From contig OY761158.1 in the NCBI GenBank assembly GCA_963664405.1, positions 3,040,001 through 3,104,000 of the forward strand: DNA of 64,000 bases, written 5' to 3'. The stretch's first letter is position 1. Each line of letters opens with the position of its first letter. Positions 57,920 to 64,000 of this stretch are shown here, piece by piece. This DNA comes from Thermoanaerobaculia bacterium. GTDB taxonomy: Bacteria; Acidobacteriota; Thermoanaerobaculia; Multivoradales; Multivoraceae. A model generated the notes under the pieces. The model made no database searches and was not told the DNA's origin. It worked only from the letters and a program-made list of their open reading frames with translations. The translations under genes and the position numbers were made by a program.

Positions 57920-59251
57920 ATGGTAGTGGTGGAGCCGAGCTCTCGGTGGTTCCGCATCGCGCGGCGGACCCTCATCGCAGCTGTGGTGACCGGTGCCTTC
58001 TTTCCCGCCGAGGGTCAGTTACGGGCCGGTGCCGGCGTGAGCGATATCACTCCGCCGTTGGGCACGCCCTCGGCAGGCTACGGCGACCGCCGCGGTGCGG
58101 GTATGGAGGGCGTTCACGATCCTCTTCTCGCCACCGCGTTAGCGCTCGACAACGGTGCGCGGCGGGTCGTTTTGGTGGGAGTCGACCATCTCGGTTTCGA
58201 CCATGAGATGGTCAATGAGGTCGTGCGACACGCTCGGGACGCCACCGGCGACGAGGAGGTAGAGATCTTCGTCGGTGCGTCGCATACCCACGCCGGAGGT
58301 GGCGCATTTCTCGACATACCGGGTCTGGGGGAAGCACTGGCTGGGAAGTTCGATCCCGGCGCTCGTCAGATCTACATCGACGGCACGGTGAGCGCGATCG
58401 AGAAGGCGCTGGGCACGATGGGCCCGGCACGGGTCGGCGTTGGCTACGGGCATGCCGAAGGTCTCAACCGTTATCGAGGCGACTGGCCACCTGGGGTCGA
58501 GCCTCGCGACGACGTTGCGGTTTTGAAGGTGACGACTCCGCAAGGGAAGCCGATCGCGGTTTGGTTGAACTTCGCTGCCCACCCCACTGTTCTTCCCGGC
58601 CGCGAGAACATGCATTTCTCCGCCGACTTCGTCGGCTACGCTCGGGATGCACTGCGTGACTCGCTCGGCGCGGAGACAGTTGCCGTCTTTTTCAACGGTG
58701 CGCAGGGCGATGTCTCACCCAGCCCTCCTCGCGGTGCGGATATGTGGGAGCGCTGCGAGTCGATGGGCCGTACTTTGGCGGCCTCGGTGCTCGAAATCTG
58801 GCATCGAAGCGAGACCGCTGAAGAGCTTGAGATCGAGACTCGCAAGCACACCTACGCTTTGGAGCTGGCGGCTTCCTCGAGCGGGGTCAGGCTGCTCGAG
58901 GGGACCCGTACTTCGGAGCTCGGTCTTCTCGTCCTCGATGGTGTACACGCCTTCCTCGCGGTGCCTGGCGAGCTCTCGACCCTCTACGACGCCGACATCA
59001 AGCGCTTCGGCGGCTGGCTTGGGTTTGCTCACACTTCGATTCTCGGCCTCACCAACGACGCTCACGCCTACATCATCACCCCCGAGTCGTGGCGCCATCG
59101 CACTTATGAATCGACGGTCTCCTTTGGCGGCGAGACCTATGGCGAGCGGGTCAAAAGTATGGCCTATGCCCTTCTCCACGAGCTCGAGCCCGCCGGGGCT
59201 CACCAGGCCGAGAAAGCGCTCCCCTCCGCTCTTCTCGATCCCGGGCCTTAG
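57920..59251 (+). CDS. Neutral/alkaline ceramidase-family hydrolase
   Basis: 'DITPP...GYG', 'GVHDPL', 'ASHTHAG', 'NFAAHPT', 'NGAQGDVSP'; start uncertain. Confidence 0.85.
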   Translation: MVVVEPSSRWFRIARRTLIAAVVTGAFFPAEGQLRAGAGVSDITPPLGTPSAGYGDRRGAGMEGVHDPLLATALALDNGARRVVLVGVDHLGFDHEMVNEVVRHARDATGDEEVEIFVGASHTHAGGGAFLDIPGLGEALAGKFDPGARQIYIDGTVSAIEKALGTMGPARVGVGYGHAEGLNRYRGDWPPGVEPRDDVAVLKVTTPQGKPIAVWLNFAAHPTVLPGRENMHFSADFVGYARDALRDSLGAETVAVFFNGAQGDVSPSPPRGADMWERCESMGRTLAASVLEIWHRSETAEELEIETRKHTYALELAASSSGVRLLEGTRTSELGLLVLDGVHAFLAVPGELSTLYDADIKRFGGWLGFAHTSILGLTNDAHAYIITPESWRHRTYESTVSFGGETYGERVKSMAYALLHELEPAGAHQAEKALPSALLDPGP

Positions 59252-59349
59252 CCGGGGCCGACATGGGAGAATGCCAAGGCCGTGCCCGAGGAACCCGTCC
59301 TTGCCGTCCTTCTGGTGAGCTCGCTCGCGGCGGCTTGGGCCGGCGTTGG

Positions 59350-59800
59350 CGCGCTGGCACGTAGTCGACCCCGGCGAGCATGGCGCCGTACAGCGAAGCG
59401 AGGTTGGGCGCCTGGATCTTTTCGAGGTAGTTGATACCGATCCGCCCCGAGTGGGCCTCCTTGGCGAGATAGACCTCCACGAAGTTGGCCAGCACGGTCA
59501 GCTCGACGAGCCTTTGCGGAGGGCGGGTCGAGTACATCGGGATGTTCTCGAACGGCCTGTCGGCAGGCTTGCCCCCTGGAACGAAATAGCGGCGCAGCGC
59601 TCGCTCGGCCACCAACCGATCGGGAAAGCGCGCGATCGCTCGCCGCAGATGCCCGCCCGGATCACCGACCTGCAGCTTGCGAGCCAGGATCGAGTCGAGC
59701 GCTGTACCGGAGACGACGCCGAGATGTCCCCGCGTGGAAACGGCCTTGGCGAGGGGCCAGCTCGAGCCGCCCCAGCCCGTGTGGGGTGCCGAGACGGGCA
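59350..59800 (-). pseudogene. Nitronate monooxygenase-like fragment
   Basis: 'SWPLAKAVS..GHLGVVSGTALD', 'GINYLEKIQ', 'YGAMLAGVDYV'; C-terminal part missing. Confidence 0.75.
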
Positions 59801-59896
59801 CTCGCACCTGCAGCGGCGCGACCCGTGCCGGCCTTGTGTGCGACGGCTGCAGTGGTACCATCCACGCCTTCCGGAACACTAGACAAGGGAGCTCAG

Positions 59897-61570
59897 ATGC
59901 AGACGTACAAGGGCCGCCAGGTCTTCATGGAGACACTCCTCTCCCACGGTGTCGAGTACCTCTTCGGCAACCCGGGAACCACCGAGATGCCGATCATGGA
60001 CAGTCTTCTCGAATACCCGGACCTCCAATACATCCTCACTCTGCAGGAGTCGGTCACCGTCGGTGTTGCCCACTACTACGCTCAGGCGAGCGGCCGCACG
60101 GGCGTCGTCAACGTGCATGTGGGGCCCGGTCTCGGCAACGCCCTGGGCATGCTCTACAACGTCTGGGAAGCCAACACGCCGATGCTCATGACCGCCGGCC
60201 AACAGGATACGCGATCGCGCTTGCGCGAGCCTCTCCTCGGTCACGACCTGGTCGCGATGGCCGCGCCTCTCACCAAATGGAGCGTGGAGGTGGGGACGGC
60301 AGACGAGATGGCCCCGATCCTCCATCGAGCGTTCAAGATCGCCAACGAGCCGCCGGAGGGCCCCGTTTTCGTGGCGCTGCCGATCGACGTGATGGAGCAG
60401 GACACCGAGATCGGACCGGCGGCGCCAAGTCGTCTCTTCCTGCGATCCGAGCCCGATCCGGCGGGGGTCGAGGCGGCGGCGGAAGTGCTGCGCTCGGCGT
60501 CGCGACCGGCGATCATCGTTGGTGATGCTGTCGCGCGAGCGGGCGCCCAAAAGGAGCTCGTTGCTTTCGCCGAAACGGTAGGAGCTCCGGTATTTCTGGA
60601 AGGGCTCTGTCATCGACTCAACTTTCCGACTGACCATGCCAGCAGCCGGTGGCGCATATCGTTGGAGCACAGTGGTATCAAACAGATCCTCGGCCAGAGC
60701 GACGTGGTTGTGCTGGTGGGGGGGAGCTTCTTCGAAGAACTCTGGTTCGACGACACCAGTCCCTTCCCTGAGGGGGCGCGGATCCTCCATCTCGAGCCCT
60801 CCACCCGCAAGCTCGCCCACAACTTTCCCGTCGAAGTCGGCCTGATCGGCGATCTCGTGGCTTCGCTGTCGGCGTTGACCGCGGCGGTCGGTGAAGGCTC
60901 CGGCGACGACTATGTTGTGGCTGCCCAGTCGCGCAACGAGGAGCTTCGGCGGGCTAAAGACGAAGAGCTGCAGAGCCAGGCGAAGCGAGCAGAGGCGCAT
61001 TGGGACGACCGACCGATCTCGCCGGCCCGCCTGATGGCCGAGATCAGAGACCACGCGCCTGACGATGTAGTGGTTGTCAACGAAGCAATCACCGCCGGTG
61101 GCGATCTCTCCAGAACCCTGAACTTCAGAGAATCAGCGGATTACTACGGCACGCGCGGCGGCGGCATCGGACAGGCGATGCCGGGTGCGATCGGGGTCAA
61201 GATCGCCCACCCCGATCGACCGGTTCTGGCGTTGTCCGGCGACGGCTCCGCTCTCTACACCATTCAGGCTCTATGGACCGCCGCCTATCACGACCTTCCT
61301 CTGGTGTGGGTGATCCTGCACAACCGCACCTATCGGATTCTCAAGATCAATATGGACATCTACCAGCGCCGCTTCGGGCTCCCCGGAGACAGGCCCTACC
61401 CCCACATGGACCTGACCGGTCCCGACGTCGGTTTCGTCGATGTGGCCCGAGGCTTCGGTGTCGAGGCGGAAACGGTAGAGCACCCTGAAGACATCCAGGC
61501 GGCACTGAAACGAGCCTTCGCCAGTGGCAAGCCGTATTTGCTCGATGTCGCAATCGAGGGGGGGATGTAG
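59897..61570 (+). CDS. Thiamine-pyrophosphate enzyme (benzoylformate decarboxylase-like)
   Basis: 'FGNPGTTE', 'GPGLGNA', 'GDGSALYTIQALWTAA...LHNRTY'. Confidence 0.92.
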   Translation: MQTYKGRQVFMETLLSHGVEYLFGNPGTTEMPIMDSLLEYPDLQYILTLQESVTVGVAHYYAQASGRTGVVNVHVGPGLGNALGMLYNVWEANTPMLMTAGQQDTRSRLREPLLGHDLVAMAAPLTKWSVEVGTADEMAPILHRAFKIANEPPEGPVFVALPIDVMEQDTEIGPAAPSRLFLRSEPDPAGVEAAAEVLRSASRPAIIVGDAVARAGAQKELVAFAETVGAPVFLEGLCHRLNFPTDHASSRWRISLEHSGIKQILGQSDVVVLVGGSFFEELWFDDTSPFPEGARILHLEPSTRKLAHNFPVEVGLIGDLVASLSALTAAVGEGSGDDYVVAAQSRNEELRRAKDEELQSQAKRAEAHWDDRPISPARLMAEIRDHAPDDVVVVNEAITAGGDLSRTLNFRESADYYGTRGGGIGQAMPGAIGVKIAHPDRPVLALSGDGSALYTIQALWTAAYHDLPLVWVILHNRTYRILKINMDIYQRRFGLPGDRPYPHMDLTGPDVGFVDVARGFGVEAETVEHPEDIQAALKRAFASGKPYLLDVAIEGGM

Positions 61571-61573
61571 TAA

Positions 61574-61636
61574 GCAGAAAGCAGAAAGCAGAAAGCAGAA
61601 AGCAGAAAGCAGAAAGCAGAAAGCAGAAAGCAGAAA
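61574..61636. repeat. (GCAGAAA)x9 heptamer tandem repeat
   Basis: Nine perfect copies; a complementary-type (CTTACT[A/T])n tract lies at about 61787-61826. Confidence 0.95.
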
Positions 61637-61806
61637 GAAGTAAGCAGTAGCAGTGATCAGAGCGGGGAGTGGCCTTTGATCGGTGTGGCTACTGGAGTCG
61701 CTGAGGCCTGAAACAGCTGGCTGCTTAACGCGTCGTAGTGGGATGGTCCTGAACGTGGCGCGGAGCCAGCGCCTCTCGGGTCTGTTTACTGCTTACTACT
61801 TACTAC

Positions 61807-63432
61807 TTACTTCTTACTTCTTACTTCCTCCCCCAGGCGCTCCATCGCCAGCCGACGCAGCCCCTTATAGTCGACCTTTCCCGACGGCGACCGGCCGATG
61901 GAGTCGACCTGGAGGACTCGCTTCGGCGCCTTGTAGTGGGCGAGCTCTTGCTTGACCCAACTGATGATGTCCGCTTCTTCGGGCTCGCCCTGGCACTCGA
62001 CGAGTGCGGTGATGGCCTCTCCGAAACGCTCGTCAGGGACTCCGACGCAGACCGCGTCGGTGACCGCGTCGTGCTTCTTGAGCACTTCCTCGACTTCCTC
62101 GGGGAAGACCTTCTCGCCGCCGGTGTTGATGCACACCGAGCCGCGGCCCAAGAGGGTGATGGAGCCGTCGGCCTCGATGGTGGCGTAGTCGCCGGCTACC
62201 GAATAGCGCACTCCGTTGATGACCGGAAAGGTGCGCGCCGACTTCTCTTCGTCTTTGTAGTAGCCAACCGGCAGGTTGCCGCTTACGGCGATGCGCCCGC
62301 CGCCGCCGCTTCCCGGCTCGAGGATGTTGCCGTCGTCGTCGATGACCACCGCGGCGTCGCTGAGTGTGAACCTGGCCGTCTTCTCGGCATCCGAGCCGGT
62401 CGACTCCGAGCTTCCCATGCTGAGCGCTTCGGTGGAGCCGAGAGCATCGCGGAGCATCATCTCGGGGTTGTGGTTCAACAGACCGCGTTTCAGCTCCTGG
62501 CTCCACATCACTCCCGAAGAGCTCATCATAATCAAGCTGGAAATGTCCCATCGGCCGGGATTGTCGTCCAGCGCTTGCACCAGGGGTCGCGCAAACGCGT
62601 CTCCGACGATCGCCGTACCCTCGATCTTGTTGCGCTCGATGGCGTCGAGCATCTCGGCGGCGTCGAAGCGGCGGCCGGTAAGAGTGACGACGGTGCCGCC
62701 GTTGACCAGGGTCAGAAGGCTGGTCATCAGCCCGGTGCCGTGCATCTGGGGGCTGGCAGGCAGTGAGATGCGACCGGGGCCTTCTTCCACTTTCTGCCGC
62801 AGGATGCCGTCCATGCCGTTGTCGGTGTTGTAGGGCTCGGGGACGCGGTTCCGGTTGTAGATCCGAAAGAGGTCGTCCTGCCGCCACATGACTCCCTTGG
62901 GCATGCCGGTGGTACCGCCGGTGTAGAGCAGGAGCAGATCGTCTCCGTCACGCTCCCAGCGGGTCGCGGGTTTGCGCCCTGAAGTCGCGGCCTCCTCGTA
63001 GCCCTGAGCCCAGGTGGGGCAGGGACCGGTGTCGTCGTCGACCCACAGCCAGCAGCGCACTTTCGGCAGACGGGAGCGAATACCTTCGATCCGTTCGGTG
63101 AAGGTACCGTGAAAAACAACGACCTCGACGTCGGCATTGTCCCATAGGTAGAGGAGCTCGGTGTCCTGGTAGCGGTAGTTGGTATTGACCGGCACCAGGG
63201 CGACCTTGAATGCAGCAACGATGCTCTCCAGGTATTCTGGGCAGTTGTAGAGGTATTGAGCCACTTTCGCCTGGCGCTCGACTCCGGCATCGAGGAGAGC
63301 GGCGGCGAGCGCATCACCACGCTGGTCGAGCTCGGCCCAGCTGATGTGTCGCGAGCCGTGGATCTGTGCCGTCGCCTGAGGATTTGCCCGGGCCGAAGCC
63401 TCGAACATGTCTGCAAAGTTCCACCCGCTCAT
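61807..63432 (-). CDS. Acyl-CoA synthetase (FadD19-like)
   Basis: 'YTGGTTGMPKG', 'GYYKD', 'INTGGEKVFPEEVE', 'SPSGKVDY'. Confidence 0.94.
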   Translation of the reverse strand: MSGWNFADMFEASARANPQATAQIHGSRHISWAELDQRGDALAAALLDAGVERQAKVAQYLYNCPEYLESIVAAFKVALVPVNTNYRYQDTELLYLWDNADVEVVVFHGTFTERIEGIRSRLPKVRCWLWVDDDTGPCPTWAQGYEEAATSGRKPATRWERDGDDLLLLYTGGTTGMPKGVMWRQDDLFRIYNRNRVPEPYNTDNGMDGILRQKVEEGPGRISLPASPQMHGTGLMTSLLTLVNGGTVVTLTGRRFDAAEMLDAIERNKIEGTAIVGDAFARPLVQALDDNPGRWDISSLIMMSSSGVMWSQELKRGLLNHNPEMMLRDALGSTEALSMGSSESTGSDAEKTARFTLSDAAVVIDDDGNILEPGSGGGGRIAVSGNLPVGYYKDEEKSARTFPVINGVRYSVAGDYATIEADGSITLLGRGSVCINTGGEKVFPEEVEEVLKKHDAVTDAVCVGVPDERFGEAITALVECQGEPEEADIISWVKQELAHYKAPKRVLQVDSIGRSPSGKVDYKGLRRLAMERLGEEVRSKK

Positions 63433-63526
63433 TGACTCATGCTCCTCGGGGACAAGTGCGCCTCCGGCGTGTGGTCTCGAATGTTTGACTCTTGGATGCA
63501 GGAGCTTAGCTCGAATTCATTCTCGA

Positions 63527-64000
63527 GTGAACCGGTGCCGGGCACTTCGTAGGCTCTTTGTCGTTGTGGCATGTCTCCTCCCATCGGCTCGGCTGCCGGG
63601 AGAAGAGCTGCCCTTTCGGGAGACGCGAGAGGCGATGGGTACGAGCTTCGAGATCAGGCTCTATGCAGAAAGCTCCGATCTTGCGACGCAGCAGCTCGCA
63701 CTCGCCTTTGCCGAGATCGAACGAGTCGAGGCCGCCCTCAGTCACTACCGGCCCACCAGCGAGATCTCTCGTATCAACGTCGCGGCCCCGTCGGGACCCG
63801 TGACAACCGACCCCGAGGTGTTCTCTCTTCTCGCTCGCGGCCGCGCTCTCTCCGTGCGCAGCGACGGAGCCTTCGATCTGACTCTCGGGCAGTTGGTGAA
63901 GAAGTGGGGCTTCCTGCGTGGAGAAGGGCGGATGCCGTCGTCGGTCGAGATCCTCGAGGCGCGGTCTCAGTCGGGCTGGCAACATCTCGAGCTTCGTCCC
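63527..64000 (+). CDS. apbE: FAD:protein FMN transferase, runs off the window
   Basis: Not in the ORF track: 'AMGTSFEI...AFAEIERVEAALSHYRPTSEISRIN...SDGAFDLTLG.LVKKWGF'. Confidence 0.88.
   Translation, partial: MNRCRALRRLFVVVACLLPSARLPGEELPFRETREAMGTSFEIRLYAESSDLATQQLALAFAEIERVEAALSHYRPTSEISRINVAAPSGPVTTDPEVFSLLARGRALSVRSDGAFDLTLGQLVKKWGFLRGEGRMPSSVEILEARSQSGWQHLELRP

Noticed and set aside
61574-61636. CRISPR array
   Set aside because: 7-bp tandem units with no spacers; no cas genes in the window
1-64000. tRNA or rRNA genes as an island attachment site
   Set aside because: None recognised by eye; a covariance-model scan would be needed to exclude them

Overview
GC-rich bacterial window, probably Acidobacteriota: this is inferred from the carboxypeptidase-regulatory-domain TonB receptors, the PilY1-like adhesin and the planctomycete-type cytochrome c. 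It has three zones. (1) 1-6.3 kb: an intact TonB receptor / M20 hydrolase / P1 peptidase / SDR operon. (2) About 6.3-39 kb: a decayed accessory island of nested mobile elements (three nested group II introns, IS21, IS1380, IS6, IS630, IS3, a large-serine-recombinase element, a RIT tyrosine-recombinase trio, MITEs, phage, TA and TIR remnants) mixed with PilZ, EAL and PilY1 genes. (3) About 39-64 kb: mostly ordinary catabolic genes plus a cobalamin riboswitch-btuB-btuF unit. The best candidate for a new system is a 3,353-bp serine-recombinase element at 19616-22968. Its ends form a symmetric att site (GGGCT-N11-TGCACC around an AA/TT core). It sits at the same codon, four residues before the catalytic Glu, in two different DDE transposase families. 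Its start-less DUF5372-like gene gains an RBS and a GTG start only when the element circularises. All family assignments come from motif recognition, not database searches.
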